Source of the DNA: Eledone cirrhosa
Lineage: Eukaryota
NCBI GenBank assembly: GCA_964016885.1
Contig: OZ024740.1
Location: 345,402,001 to 345,466,000, forward strand
Reading direction: 5' to 3'
DNA: 64,000 bases
Shown: in pieces, positions 45,274-62,018 of the stretch
Position numbering within the stretch: position 1 is the stretch's first letter
Layout: each line of letters begins with the position of its first letter
Position numbers and translations under genes: made by a program
Notes under the pieces: generated by a model
Told to the model about the DNA's origin: nothing
The model's database searches: none
Seen by the model: the letters and a program-made list of their open reading frames with translations, nothing else

Positions 45274-45533
45274 TATGTGTATGTGTATATATGTATGCAT
45301 GTATGTTTATACATATATGTATATATAAATCAAGATAGAGACGGGGAGAATCTGGTCTGACCTTTACTGACCAGAGTACTCAATACCTAGGGCAGTAGAG
45401 TACTTGCATACATACATACATTCATACAAATCTTCGTACACACGTAACCACGTACATATGGTTGTGAGATGGTGTCTGTAATACAATTAATTTGTATACG
45501 TTTAAAGAAATGTATATATTCATATTTATACGT

Positions 45534-45620
<87 letters not shown>

Positions 45621-45742
45621 ATTATATATATGTATATACGTATATACATATATATATAAGTATATGTATATATATATTTACAAATATGTGTTTGTGTGTG
45701 TATATATATATATATATGTATGTGAGAGTGTGAGTGTGCATA

Positions 45743-45791
<49 letters not shown>

Positions 45792-45816
45792 CTGTGTGTG
45801 TGTATGTGCGCGTATG

Positions 45817-45858
<42 letters not shown>

Positions 45859-45924
45859 CATAGATACATACATACGCGCAAACACACATATTTATATAAA
45901 TATATATATATACACATATATATG

Positions 45925-45959
<35 letters not shown>

Positions 45960-45970
45960 GTATATATATA

Positions 45971-46209
<239 letters not shown>

Positions 46210-46219
46210 ATATATATAT

Positions 46220-46266
<47 letters not shown>

Positions 46267-46430
46267 CATATATATGTGTATATATATATATTTATATATT
46301 TATATGTGTGTTTGTGCGTGTATGTATGTATCTATATATATAAATATATATATATATATATACATACGTATAAATATATATGTATGTATCTATGAAAATA
46401 TATATATATATTTATTTATATATATACATG

Positions 46431-46512
<82 letters not shown>

Positions 46513-46565
46513 CATATATATACATATATATATATACATATCTCTATATATATACATGTATATAT

Positions 46566-46612
<47 letters not shown>

Positions 46613-46711
46613 TTCATACATATATACATACATACATATATATGTATATATATATATGTATGTATGTATATATATATATATATTTATATATATACATATA
46701 TGTACACACAC

Positions 46712-46806
<95 letters not shown>

Positions 46807-46824
46807 AAATATATATACATATAG

Positions 46825-46909
<85 letters not shown>

Positions 46910-47560
46910 CCTGTAGAAGCTCTTCTGCATATTTAAATACATATATATGTATGTGTAACTATACATGAATATGTACGTGTCAATATACATACATATCCAT
47001 ATAATCATGTAAATAAAGAAAGATATATATAATATATATATATATATAGATGTGTGTGCGTGTGTGTATGTGTATGTGCATGAATAAATAAACATGAATA
47101 TATCTTTAGACGATGAGCATGTTATATATTTATGTATACATATGCATACATACACACATGAACATCTACACACACACATACATACATCCATAGCTATATA
47201 TATATATATATATACAAACACATATATGTTTATTTGTATATAGAGATACACACACATACAGATACCTGCATAGCCTTACATATATACACACACACATACA
47301 ACATATACACATATATTAGTGTGCATGTATGAGTGTGTCTGTGTTTGCATTTAGATATCTATGTACATGTGTGCATGTATGTATGCTTGTATTTTTATTG
47401 GGTATATATGTATACATTTGATTAATTTATATACCAATACATACGTGCATATATGCATATATACCTGTATACGTACATATATGCATACATGCATACATAG
47501 AAAACAACAGAGAGAGAGAATTACTCGCACATATGTATTTTATATATATGTATTTTATAT

Positions 47561-47607
<47 letters not shown>

Positions 47608-47711
47608 TATATATATATACATACATACATATAAATATATATAAGTGAAGTGTGTGTGTGTATGTATGCTATATACATATTTGTATATATATACATATTT
47701 GTATATATATG

Positions 47712-47749
<38 letters not shown>

Positions 47750-47758
47750 ATATGTATG

Positions 47759-47821
<63 letters not shown>

Positions 47822-47946
47822 TATATATATATACATACATACATATAAATATATATAAGTGAAGTGTGTGTGTGTATGTATGCTATATACATATTTGTAT
47901 ATATATGCTATATATATATATATATATATATATTTGTATATGTATG

Positions 47947-48022
<76 letters not shown>

Positions 48023-48102
48023 AATATATAAGATCAAAAGATGGTTAAAAGAGTTCCATGTATATTATTATGTTTATTGTACTACAATAAAACTCACCTC
48101 CT

Positions 48103-48141
<39 letters not shown>

Positions 48142-48209
48142 CATACATACATACACAATTACATACATACATCATATATATATAAGTGAATTGAGTGTGT
48201 ATAAGTATG

Positions 48210-48247
<38 letters not shown>

Positions 48248-48265
48248 TATATACATATTTATGTA

Positions 48266-48320
<55 letters not shown>

Positions 48321-48370
48321 TATATATATACATATTTATATAAATATATATATATATATATATACATATT

Positions 48371-48428
<58 letters not shown>

Positions 48429-48513
48429 TATATATGTCATTATTCTACTTGTGTAGTTGGATGATTGTTTGAAATCGAGTGTTAAACTTTGGGTATAATA
48501 TATGTATATATAT

Positions 48514-48544
<31 letters not shown>

Positions 48545-48545
48545 T

Positions 48546-48600
<55 letters not shown>

Positions 48601-48950
48601 TAGTTATTTCTGTATATATATATATAATTATGTCCGTTCGCAACAGTATTATTTATCAACAATATTACAAATAAAAGAGAAATTTAAATATATTATATAT
48701 ACATAAACATGTAGTAATTAACAATAACACAATCAATTCATACATCATTCGTTTATCTATGTCAATATATATACATCGTCATATATTTGTACGTATTTAT
48801 TAATGGAAGTACATATTCAAAATTCATATACATATATGTTTATATATATACATATGTGTGTATGTGTGTATGTATGTATGTATGTATGTATGTATGTATG
48901 TATGTATACATTAAGATATATACGTTTAATGAATATTATTTGGAGCTTAC

Positions 48951-49121
48951 CTGAAGAAGTCTGTCCGACAGTAAAGCCCTCCCGTCTCGTGAAAAACATT
49001 TCTCCGTCAAATTACACTTACAATCATAACATTGGACGCATTTTGCATGCCACGCACGATCGAGCACATTTAAAAGAAATCGGTCCAAAATCGGGCGATC
49101 GCACCCTGCACATTGGACCAT
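48951..49121 (-). CDS. Lhx1/5: LIM-homeobox protein of the Lhx1/Lhx5 (Lim1) group, first coding exon (LIM domain 1), with apparent +1 frameshift
   Basis: [48 protein letters not shown] is near-identical to the Lhx1/5 N-terminus. Removing one G at 48977-48979 gives LYCRTDFF(R), ending at AG|GTAAGC (donor 48950-48945). Confidence 0.93.
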
Positions 49122-49232
49122 ACTTTTCTTAGCAATAGCCAGGGTGCCGGTTTTAAAGTACCTCCGTTTTTTATCGTTTTCTATACCTATTTGACTTTGT
49201 TATGTACACGCACCTGGATATAAGAGAGTATT
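49122..49232 (-). promoter_or_regulatory. Putative 5' UTR part of the exon and splice acceptor
   Basis: Minus strand tactctcttatatccag|GTGCG with the exon starting at 49213. An in-frame TAA lies upstream of the ATG, supporting 49121 as the start codon. Confidence 0.5.
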
Positions 49233-49399
49233 ATTGTAAGATGTTTCAAATATATATATAATATATATATTTTATTAACGTATGCATATGTAAATACATA
49301 TATGTGTGTGTGTGTACATATATATAAATATAAATATATGGGTTATGTTGTGGCCGTGTTTGTTGTGGTGTTATCTCAATTGTGATATATTCTTTTTTT

Positions 49400-50270
49400 T
49401 AACCCCGGACCCTTTCTGTTTTATTTATTATTTTTCTTTTTTTTAAACTTTACTTTATGTCTCCCCCTTAAGCACTTTCGAATGTAAGGTTTTCCGAAAC
49501 GCAAAGAACTAAAAATCCCAGCGTTTTTCTCGTGTCGCAGCCTATTGGAACGTGATGTAGTTTTAAATGCAAAGACACTTACAAGCCAAGCAAAAGCGGC
49601 CGTCGCACACACATACACACACACGGGGCGCTTCCAGCGCACTGTCTCTTTCCCCCTCTCTCCGTCACTCTCTTTGTCCTTCACTCTTTCTCCCTCTTGC
49701 TCTAGTTTACGTCCTCCTTCTCCCCCACCTTAGCCTTCTTCCTCTGCTGCCACTCTTCTATAATATTTCCCCCCTTCTACATTCTACTTTCTCTCTCACA
49801 CTTTTCCCTCACTCCGACTCTCACTGTCTACATACATCTTCCATTCTCTGTCTCTCTATACACTCTAACCGCGTACTCTCTCTCTCTACTCCTTTACCCC
49901 CGTTCTCTCTCTCTCTCTCTTCCTTTCTAACTCCGTGTATAAGTTTTGGTTGTTTGCTGGTCTTTTTCTTTTTGTAGTGTCTGACACACGCTATAACAAA
50001 CTGCGATTGACTTCTCTTGACACCTTCATCCAACACTCTTACACTGTGTATATTTCTCACACTTTATCTCTCTCCTTCTCTCACTTTCTTTCTCTCTCTT
50101 TATTTCTGCCTCTCACACTTAACCTTCACTCACTCACACTTTTTAACTGACTCTCTAAATCTCTCTCACACACTAATTCACACGATCAATCCTTCACTCT
50201 CTTTCTAACAAAAACTACATTCGTTCATTAACTTTCTCTCACTTAATTTGTGTTCTTTCTACGTTGCTAC
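49400..50270 (-). promoter_or_regulatory. Putative promoter/upstream 5' UTR region of Lhx1/5
   Basis: (TA)n-free stretch, locally richer in CpG, with a long CT/GA strand-biased tract. CCAAT on the minus strand near 49545; possible donor GTAAGT at 49582-49577. Confidence 0.35.
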
Positions 50271-50416
50271 TACGTTTTTCATTTTTCTCTTAAATGTTTC
50301 ATGAATACGTACATATATATATACACACATACATACATACATATATATATATATATACACACACACAACACACACTTAAAAATAAGCACACATACACACA
50401 TACAAATACATGCTTG

Positions 50417-50458
<42 letters not shown>

Positions 50459-50706
50459 TGTGTGTATATATGTATGCTATATATATATATATGTGTGGGC
50501 GTGTGGGTGTGTTTGTGCGTGTAAACTAATATATTGTTTGATTTTTCTACTTTATTTTCACTCGGTATTTTAAACTTCCTGTAATATTCTTTCTATCCTT
50601 CAAATCAAAGATCGTGTTTGGGCAGACGACTCTTCCCTCCGTCAAGATACCAGAACAAACTCACTTATATCATATACTACCATATATATATACATATATA
50701 TATATA

Positions 50707-50747
<41 letters not shown>

Positions 50748-50783
50748 TAATATAATATAATATAATATATGTATATATATATG

Positions 50784-50862
<79 letters not shown>

Positions 50863-50863
50863 G

Positions 50864-50895
<32 letters not shown>

Positions 50896-50917
50896 TTATA
50901 TATATATAATATATATT

Positions 50918-50970
<53 letters not shown>

Positions 50971-51152
50971 ACAACATGTGTATTTACCCACAACACAACA
51001 ACTCCAACAACAACAGGTATCAAACTTTGTTCTCCTTAATTTATATATGACATTCGTATTTGCTTCATGAACACTCGCAGAGGGACATATATGTACACGA
51101 AGACTTAGACGCGCGCGAGCACACGAACACTCAAAAACTCAAAACCATTGTC

Positions 51153-51183
<31 letters not shown>

Positions 51184-51263
51184 TAGGTTTGTGTTTAATA
51201 TAATATAGTTATGTTATAATATATATGGTATACATACATATAATATATCATACATTTCTATAC

Positions 51264-51331
<68 letters not shown>

Positions 51332-51350
51332 ATGTATGTATTATATTATT

Positions 51351-51487
51351 CGGTGGATTGGCATAGAATTACGGCCCTTTCCATTCTGAGTTCAAATCCC
51401 GCTGAGGTCAACTTTGTCTTTCATCCTTACGGGGTCGATAAAATAAAGTACCAGTAATGTACTGAGTAATTTCTGGCCTTGTGCCAA
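51351..51487 (+). mobile_element. tRNA-derived SINE (internally deleted)
   Basis: ggtggattggca...gagttcaaatcccgc...tcatccttacggggtcgataaaataaagtaccag...ggccttgtgcc. Confidence 0.85.
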
Positions 51488-52195
51488 ATACATATATAGA
51501 TACATAATATATCTAAATATATGTATATGTGTGTGTGTTTTTGCGTGTGTGTGTGTGTGTGAAATTCAACTTGGAAGTATAACCTAGGAGAAACTGTTTA
51601 ATATACACAAACATACACAGTCGTTGTTTTCATATATTTTGATATTCACAATATTGTTTAATTATATTTAAGTAATTAGAATATATTATATGATTTATGT
51701 ACTGTGACTATGATTGGACTAACGCTTAGTGTTCAATTCGTAGTCGAAACTTTGTGAGTTGGATATTCGATGCGTTTTACCCTTGAGCAAGACAATTTAT
51801 TTCTCCTTTTTTCCATTCAGTTCACCTCACTAAAATATATTATACCTGTAATTCAAATGGCCAGTGGTGTCACAACCTGTACCGTCCTGAAATATACGTT
51901 AGGAGCCGATATGTCTGTCGAAAGCCCAAGTGTTAATTTCACAAGCAGGCTGTTCCGGTGTTCAAACAACTGGAACACTCTTCGCCGGAGCCGATAAAGG
52001 TCCAATACACACAGCACACACACTAAATCGCGTTCCGATACTCTCCTTCTCTGTATCAAATATTCACACTCTATATAATAACCCCCCCCCCCCTCCTATC
52101 TCTCGGACTTAGTGCACACGCACACAAACACACTCACACACTTTTATATATATATGTATATGAACTTATTTTTGTGTGTATATACACATATACAT

Positions 52196-52230
<35 letters not shown>

Positions 52231-52274
52231 GATCTTTTCATATATATATATATATATATGGATCATTTCATATA

Positions 52275-52329
<55 letters not shown>

Positions 52330-52337
52330 AATATATA

Positions 52338-52394
52338 GGAAAAAGTCTGACCCTGACGGCAGAGCTCAAGCCGTTTCGACGGCTATTCCTTCGT
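52338..52394. mobile_element. Penelope-like family A minimal remnant
   Basis: TA|ggaaaaag...ccgtttcgacggct|attccttcgt|TA. Confidence 0.7.
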
Positions 52395-52410
52395 TATATA
52401 TATATATATA

Positions 52411-52598
52411 AGGGCGGTGGATTGGCAGTATCGGTAGAGGGTCGGACGCCATGCTTTCCAGCATAGTTACGTCCCTTTACGATCTGAGTTCAAATCCCGC
52501 CGAGGTTGACTTTGCCTTTCATCCTTACGGGGTCGATAAAATAAAGTACCAGTAATGCACTGGGGTAATTGCTGGCCTTGTGCCTAAAGTAGAAACAG
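52411..52598 (+). mobile_element. Full-length tRNA-derived SINE with Nin/Deu-like central domain
   Basis: A-box TGGCAGTATCGG, B-box GAGTTCAAATCC. The central gcctttcatccttacggggtcgataaaataaagtaccag resembles the Nin/Deu domain (from recall). At least 8 copies in the window. Confidence 0.85.
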
Positions 52599-53040
52599 TT
52601 ATATATATATATATATATTTACATATATGTCTATGTGTATATATAGGAATATTTTCATATATATATATTTGTGTGTGTGTTTGTATCTATATGTTTTTAA
52701 GTGAGTGTGTATGTATTTAGGTGTGCGTTAGTCCGTCTGATGGAACGCTTTGCGGCATTCGTTTCGGATCTTGAGTTCAAATCCCGGCGGAATAGGGAAA
52801 TGCAAAGTTTGCCTCTCACACTTTCCAGGTCGATATATAAAGTACCAGTCTATTCCTCCTATATATCTTGTTTCCCACTACCCTTCGCTCTCTCTCTCCG
52901 TCTCTGGAAGAAATTTGCTGTATGGGAAGGAGATAGGCTCCGCCAGGTTTTAAAATGCCCTAGAAACGTCATAACGTCGTATGTCAATACGGCGCCCTTA
53001 CAACTCCCTTAGGATTTACCGGACCATGCATGCATACATA

Positions 53041-53077
<37 letters not shown>

Positions 53078-53146
53078 ACGAAGGAGGTGTGGTAAGGAAC
53101 TAGACGTCGAAACGGCTTGAGCTCTGCCGTCGGGGTTAAACATGTT

Positions 53147-53148
<2 letters not shown>
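53078..53148. mobile_element. Penelope-like family A remnant (opposite orientation)
   Basis: TA|acgaagg...ggaact|agacgtcgaaacggcttgagctctgccgtcgggg...ttcc|TA. Confidence 0.7.
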
Positions 53149-53182
<34 letters not shown>

Positions 53183-53189
53183 TAGATAT

Positions 53190-53236
<47 letters not shown>

Positions 53237-53485
53237 GGGGATGCCATTAAAATACATCCAGTGGCAAGGCTCTCGTCCAGGAGTTGAGGAGTTGTGGTGA
53301 ATGAATGTGGAGTTACCCCTTAGTTGTCATAACTCTCGGGCCTGCAATGGCCCGGAGTAGTAGTACGTGTTAGGGCCCCATTATGGGTTACATAATTACC
53401 TTAATCGAGTGGCGCCGGTAAGGTATAATCAGCCACTGATAAAAACCTATATGTAAATATATCTATACGTATGTATACAGAAACG

Positions 53486-53522
<37 letters not shown>

Positions 53523-53580
53523 ACATCGGGAAAATTCAAAATTTGAGATGTAGTGGTCCAACAGTAAATAAGTATAATAA

Positions 53581-53824
53581 TTGTTTCTAATTTTGGCACA
53601 AGGCCAGCAATTAACCAGTGCATTACTGGTACTTTATTTTATCGACCCCGTAGGGATGAAAGGCAAAGTTAACCTCGACGGGATTTGAACTCAGACCGTA
53701 AAGGGAATAACTATAATAATTGTTTCTACTTTAGGCACAAGGCCAGCAATTAGTCAGTGCATTACTGGTACTTTATTTTATCGACCTCGTAAGGATGAAA
53801 GGCAAAATCAACCTCGGTGGGATT
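53581..53824 (-). mobile_element. Two tandem 5'-truncated SINE copies
   Basis: ttgtttcta...ggcacaaggccagcaat...ggatgaaaggcaaa occurs twice. Confidence 0.85.
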
Positions 53825-54164
53825 AACTATAATAATATTCGATAACAATAAATAGTATTTGAGAATATCGGGCGAAGTACCCCTGCAGACGTTAAGAGTA
53901 CAGAGTTGTCATTTTCCACTAATAATATAGTTATTTGACATGAGTGTATTTCAAATATAAATTTAGATAAATACATATCTACTAACATTCATACTTGTAT
54001 ACATAAAAGTATTTTATATGCTACAGTTGTAGCTTGATAAAATCTGACACCCACATACTAGTAATTAGTGTGGATCGGTGGATGTTTTACGGAATTTAAT
54101 GGTCCGGTAATGAGCTTGACATCTGTGATATAGTGTAGACGTTGAGTTTATAGTTGACTTTGAT

Positions 54165-54362
<198 letters not shown>

Positions 54363-54386
54363 CGTATATATGTATATATATATATA

Positions 54387-54425
<39 letters not shown>

Positions 54426-54571
54426 TATTCAGTGGTAAGTGTATTGTTATGTTATAAGGAGTCGGGACCCCGACAGACACATAGTATATATATGTATATA
54501 TATATGAACAGACGCCGAAAACTAGACCTAGAAATCTAAGGCACAGATTATATACATATATATATACATAC

Positions 54572-54612
<41 letters not shown>

Positions 54613-54826
54613 GTTGCACACACACGTAAACAAATGTTTGAAGGTTATTTGTTTAAAACAACGGAAGGTCCTGAACGGACTAGAATTTCGTGTGCTCTTA
54701 AATGTGATAAGTCAGTTGGTACGACATATTCCAAACCAAATAATTCCGATACAAACACTACATTTTATGTACTGAGTTGACTCTTCTCTCTCTCACTCCC
54801 TGTCGCAATATATATATATGTATGTA

Positions 54827-55053
<227 letters not shown>

Positions 55054-55253
55054 GTATATATATATATATATATCTATTCATATATATATATATACATATA
55101 TATAGTATATATATAATATACATATATATGTGTATATATACAATATATATATATTATATATATATAATATATAAATATATATATTTTATTCATATATAAT
55201 ATATATATAATATATATTATATGAAATAATATATGTATATATATATTATATGT

Positions 55254-55284
<31 letters not shown>

Positions 55285-55492
55285 TAATATATATAATATA
55301 TATTATATAAAATAATATATGTATATATATATTATATATTATATATATATATATATAATATATATAATATATATAATATATATTATATAAAATAATATAT
55401 ATATATATATATATAAAATATATATATTATACATGCCCCCTCCCCCTATATATATATATATATATTTATATATTAAATAGTCGTCGTTTAAG

Positions 55493-55525
<33 letters not shown>

Positions 55526-56019
55526 AATACAAAAGTCTGATTACTAGAGATTAGGGGGCTAAGCACATGTTCGTCAAGTCGCGAGACTGAGACCCTGCTC
55601 GGCCAATGTATTTTATCTTTTATCAAGGCACATTATTTTGCATTGTTTTATTTTAGCAGGAAAAAATGAATTCCAGCGACACAGGTGCCAGGCTGTATCG
55701 GCCTTTTCACTTGTGCAACATCGATGGTGTGTAGAGGAAGGGTGGAGTATGTGCCTACTATGCCTGGTGTGTGCCTTGGACAGCACATTTCCAGTTGCAA
55801 TGCCATGCTCAGATTCCTACACACATGCGTGCACGCACACGCAAACACGGACGTACTCGCACACGCAAACACGGACGTACTCGCACTCACACTCACACAC
55901 TCTCACATATATATGCATATATATGTGTATATATACATATATATATATATATGCACACATGCATATACATACATATATATATATAAATATATGTATATAT
56001 GTATCTATATATATATATG

Positions 56020-56071
<52 letters not shown>

Positions 56072-56302
56072 TATGTGTGTATGTATATATGCATACATGT
56101 ATATATGTATTTATGTATATATATATATAAATAACGTAAAATAAGAAAATTATAGTAATTAGCTTACTTACTTAAATTTTACTTTTTCCCTATAATTGTT
56201 CTGCATCCCCTTGTATTGAACCAATAAGTTACTAGGACAAGACCTATATATTTGTTTGCATGGGTATACATCTGTGTATATATATGTTGGTAGATATACT
56301 AA

Positions 56303-56350
<48 letters not shown>

Positions 56351-56525
56351 ATAATAATAAATTTGAAGACTATGTATATATATATATGCATGTATATATA
56401 TATGTATGTATACAGGCATACATATATATATGTATCTATGTATATATATATATATATATAGTAATAATAATAATAATATATATATATATATAATTTGAAG
56501 ACTATGTATATATATATATATATAC

Positions 56526-56595
<70 letters not shown>

Positions 56596-56674
56596 AGTGT
56601 GTGTGTGAGAGAGAGATGTGCCCATACACATATATGTACTTTTACACTAATATATATCTGTATTTCATATTATT

Positions 56675-56785
<111 letters not shown>

Positions 56786-56951
56786 GTATATCTTTATAGT
56801 TAATCGAAACCTATAAGCCATTAATGCCCCGTCCCGGCTGCTCTTCATTACGCATCCAATGATATAAGATTTTACCGCAAACATGTGTCCAGATTATACA
56901 CAATACTGTATTCATAATGGAAGGTTGGTGCAAAAGGTATATGGTATATTT

Positions 56952-57020
<69 letters not shown>

Positions 57021-57170
57021 TGGAAAATGTGTGAGATCCTTGGTACAGTTAGGTATATTTGAAAAATGGAAAAGAATGAATATACTTGTAGTTCTAAACA
57101 ATTTAATTTAATTTTATAATATAATATAACATTTTTCAAATATATATATATATTTATATATTTACATACA

Positions 57171-57202
<32 letters not shown>

Positions 57203-57226
57203 TCTCTCTCTCTCTCTCTCTGTATA

Positions 57227-57329
<103 letters not shown>

Positions 57330-57592
57330 ATATATATATATATATATACATATATGTGAAGATGCATGTGTGTGTGTGTGACTAAGTTTCTGTAACAAAC
57401 TTTTCCTTCCACTTATCACTCTCTGGTTTTTTTTCATCTCTTATTTCTCATTCTCTTCTCCGAATCGTAAATAATATTTTCCTACTATATCAAGCCTTAA
57501 ACTAATATATATTCTACACTATCTTGTTTGCTTATATACATATATATATATATATTTATATATATATATATATACTTAAAGAGTGTGTGTGT

Positions 57593-57662
<70 letters not shown>

Positions 57663-57738
57663 TATGTGCCCATATACACATATGTACTTTTACACTAATA
57701 TATATGCCTTTAAGTATATATCAGTATTTCTAATTATT

Positions 57739-57775
<37 letters not shown>

Positions 57776-57915
57776 AATATGCATGAGTGTGTGTGTGTGT
57801 GTGTGACTCAGTTTGTGTATGTATATGTATATTTAACGAGAATTATGTCATGACTGCACTTTGTGTATATATATACATATATATACATATATATATATAT
57901 ATACATATATATATC

Positions 57916-57946
<31 letters not shown>

Positions 57947-58109
57947 GGTAAACACTGGAGATTTGCACCTAGAAAGCTAGCTTCTGAAAAACAATGCCGG
58001 GCAAAATGGTTTGTGGAAACCAGCATTCACCCATGCATACTATTTTCCCGTCTCCATGCCACTGATGTTGGCCAGTAAAAAGCAAAAGTTTATAAAGCGA
58101 GGTCTTTTC

Positions 58110-58212
58110 TACAGATGTGTGAACGTGGAATGAAGTTTCTTGCTCAAGTAAAAAACATATCACCCGGTCTGGAAACCGAACTCAGAATCTCACGATTGGA
58201 AACTCAACGCTC
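58110..58212 (-). mobile_element. tRNA-derived SINE of a second family
   Basis: Minus strand gtggcttagtggttagagcg (A-box) ... gagttcggtttcc (B-box-like) ... cttgagcaagaaactt. Confidence 0.55.
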
Positions 58213-60515
58213 TAACCACTAAGCCACATAACTTCAGACACTCTCATACACACATATATATATAAATATATATATGTGTGTGTTCATCATCATGTTTTTC
58301 ATATATACATATATATATATATACGAAAGTTTATAGATGTACTCTCCAACTGCTACAAATATCGGGAAAATAACTTTCAAATCAAACTGCCCACACCCAG
58401 AACCAAGATAGGCTATACTGGCGAATAAAGCACTAAATACTCTTTAAATGATGAGATAGTTTTGCCTGGATTACTTATGGTGGTTCAACAGCAAACGAAA
58501 GAAATATGCCAACAAGAATACGACTCGTTAGCTTTGCTATTTATAGCAGCAACATCTTCCTGAAATCGTACTTTGCTATGTTGAGAAGAGACATTTTAGA
58601 TAATGATATCTTAAATATAATAACATGACTTAACACAAGATGTGTTGTTATGGCCGGAATACCTTTTGTTATATCTCTCTGTTGGGTGCGTCCTGGCATA
58701 ATACTAAACAATAACATTAGATAACCTAGAAACACACATAGAATATAAAATTAATAATGTTTGATTTTAGCCCATAAAATGAATTGAAATTATTATCACT
58801 CCGGAGCTTATGTGACATGAAACGACTGAAATCACCAACATGAATGGCACGATAGTCCACCGCAAGGTTAACTTTCAGCTGTTGATACTATATCTTTCAA
58901 TACTAGCAGTCGGATTTGGCCAGCAAAACGTGAAAAGGCATACCTTCCTGGAGAATATAATGCTCTATTCAGCCTAGGAATAGAACTGATATCCATATGA
59001 TTATGAAATCAAGGGAGTAACCATTATGACCAGAGACTATATTGATATAAATGATATGAATATTAGAAAAATATATAGGACCGGACAACTAAAATAAATA
59101 CATAATTCGACATATTGAAAAAAAAGTATACAAAATACATATAGACTATATTATAAAGACAGGAAGAGATAAAATGACATTTACATGGATCATCAATGTA
59201 TGTAGAATACTCTGCAACATATATGAGAATATTCTATATATATGCAGAAGTCAATGAAATAAAAATGTGTCCTAGATACATGCAAAGGTCTGTACGAAAT
59301 GAATACTAGATATATAAACATGACTCGACAAAGTGACTCTCGATACACATACAGAACTAGACGAAATGTGTACTAGTTGCATATAGAGGATTGGGTAAAA
59401 TCGACTTATGTCTAAATCTAAAATCTACTTATACCTAATCTCTTTTTGTATATCCTGATAATGTCCAACATACATATTTTAAGTTCAAATCTAAACGAAG
59501 ATGACTTTGTCTGTCATATTTCATAACGAAATAAATACCAAGGAGCAATACATGGCGAGATTTGAACACAAAACTAAAAAAGCCATGTCGGCATTTTACT
59601 TCGAATTTATTAAAATTCCACATCTACCTATTCATTGTACATACTTAGGCACAAGCCAGACATTTAGTGGGAAGTATTAGTCGGTGGTATCAGATATAAA
59701 CCTTGATTGGGAAGCAAGAAGCTTCACTTTAGCAGCATTCAAACTTCAAAATATTCATTAAAATAATAGACAGTGTCCAACAAAATGCGGTATGATATTT
59801 GGTTGATTTCCTTTGTTATGTTTTGGAATCTCACCGAGGTGGAATTTACTTTTCAACTCGCCAAGGGCCAAAAAAAGATAAACTTGTTACCCACCCCCAC
59901 CTATATCCCTCAATTTATGGTCCTGTCATGGCCGAAATTAGAAATGTTTATTATGCTGGCAAAATGCCTAGCGGTATATACGACTTTGTTACAAAGCCTG
60001 GGTTTGTTTTGTTATTTTCATTCTTCAGGTGTCACTAAAAATAACAAAAGAAAAAACAACAAAAAAAAGTAAAAAAAAAAAAAAAACAACAACAAAAAAA
60101 ATGCATGAGTCAAATTCTCAATATAATTGACTATACACTATCGCCCAAAATTGGGCTTGTTTTTACAAAAATCAATATTCGGACACAACGTCATAAGGTG
60201 TTATGGATTCGAATCATGTCGAGGTCTATCATATTTTTTATAATGGGGCCGCAAACAATTCCTAATCCAATATGTATTCGATTGTTATTTCTCCACCCAA
60301 TATTGGACCCTTGTGTTTACGTTAAAAATCGTTTTTATTATACACCTTCCGCTTCGTCATCATTATCACCATCATCGTCGTCGACATAGCCAGAGTTGTC
60401 ATCATAATCGCATACATCAGCATGAGAATCATTTACACACACACACACTCACTACATATATACACATACACATTGAGATACACAATCATATGCCAATACA
60501 CAAACCAGCGGAGGA

Positions 60516-60616
<101 letters not shown>

Positions 60617-60642
60617 TAGTCCTGTAGAAGCCATTTCTATGT

Positions 60643-60694
<52 letters not shown>

Positions 60695-60712
60695 CATATA
60701 TATATATATATA

Positions 60713-60990
60713 TGGTGGCTGCCAACTCGTTTTCGAGTACGGCCACTACTTTATATCCATGTAGGAGAACCCCTACCGATGCGCTGAACGATTGTTACTT
60801 TTTAGTCCAGCGACTTGAAAACTCTGGTACAAACACGGCACCTGTGACAATTATTGACACAGTGCTGGGCCCATGGTACCATGTGACGACAAGTGCAGAG
60901 AGATCTCCAGATATAAAGCAATGCCTGTGCCGTGAAGCTTTTATAGTAAGCAAAGACACTGCACAAAGCCAGTCCCACTCTCTTAACCAA
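60713..60990 (-). mobile_element. Second copy of the 38742-39025 repeat
   Basis: Colinear reverse complement with the same two ends; a 4-bp deletion breaks the finger frame. Confidence 0.85.
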
Positions 60991-61036
60991 TATACATACA
61001 TACATACATACATACTTATAAATATATATATATATG

Positions 61037-61109
<73 letters not shown>

Positions 61110-61111
<2 letters not shown>

Positions 61112-61320
61112 CATAGAAATGGCTTCTACAGGACTATAACTGTTTAATTCGGGAGATATCCTCATGCTTCCTGATGATTTATATCAAATATTTATACTGT
61201 GCTGTGTATTGAGTACCTTATTTACTCTGGTTACCCCTGATTGAATCCGGGATAAACTTATATAAGAAGATCCCGTTAAGGGTGAAAGCAGCGATTCTTT
61301 GCTTAAACTTTAATCTGTTA

Positions 61321-61327
<7 letters not shown>
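61110..61327. mobile_element. Penelope-like family F remnant abutting a family C remnant
   Basis: Inverted stem-III piece (61110-61145), gcttcCTGATGA, tail homologous to 43721-43790, then agaagatcccgttaagggtgaaagc. Confidence 0.65.
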
Positions 61328-61395
<68 letters not shown>

Positions 61396-61647
61396 ACACA
61401 TACACGACCGTTCTAACACTTATAAATAGCAATCAAATGTTCCTTTAATCATATATTTAATAACAGATTAATAAAAGGAAGGACACATTGGATAATATCT
61501 TTCTCGTGTGTATGAAATATAAAACAAACGTGGTGGTCTTGGCTGGAACCCATTTAATCATAGAACACCGGGAGTTAATTACCGTACGCGTATATACACA
61601 CAGTCACACGCACATAAAAAGTCTCATACACACACACACACACACAC

Positions 61648-61787
<140 letters not shown>

Positions 61788-61799
61788 CTATATATATAT

Positions 61800-61841
<42 letters not shown>

Positions 61842-61866
61842 CACATATATATATATATATACACAC

Positions 61867-62018
<152 letters not shown>

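Noticed and set aside
52411-52500. tRNA gene
   Set aside because: A and B boxes are present but too far apart, there is no cloverleaf, and they are embedded in a multi-copy SINE.
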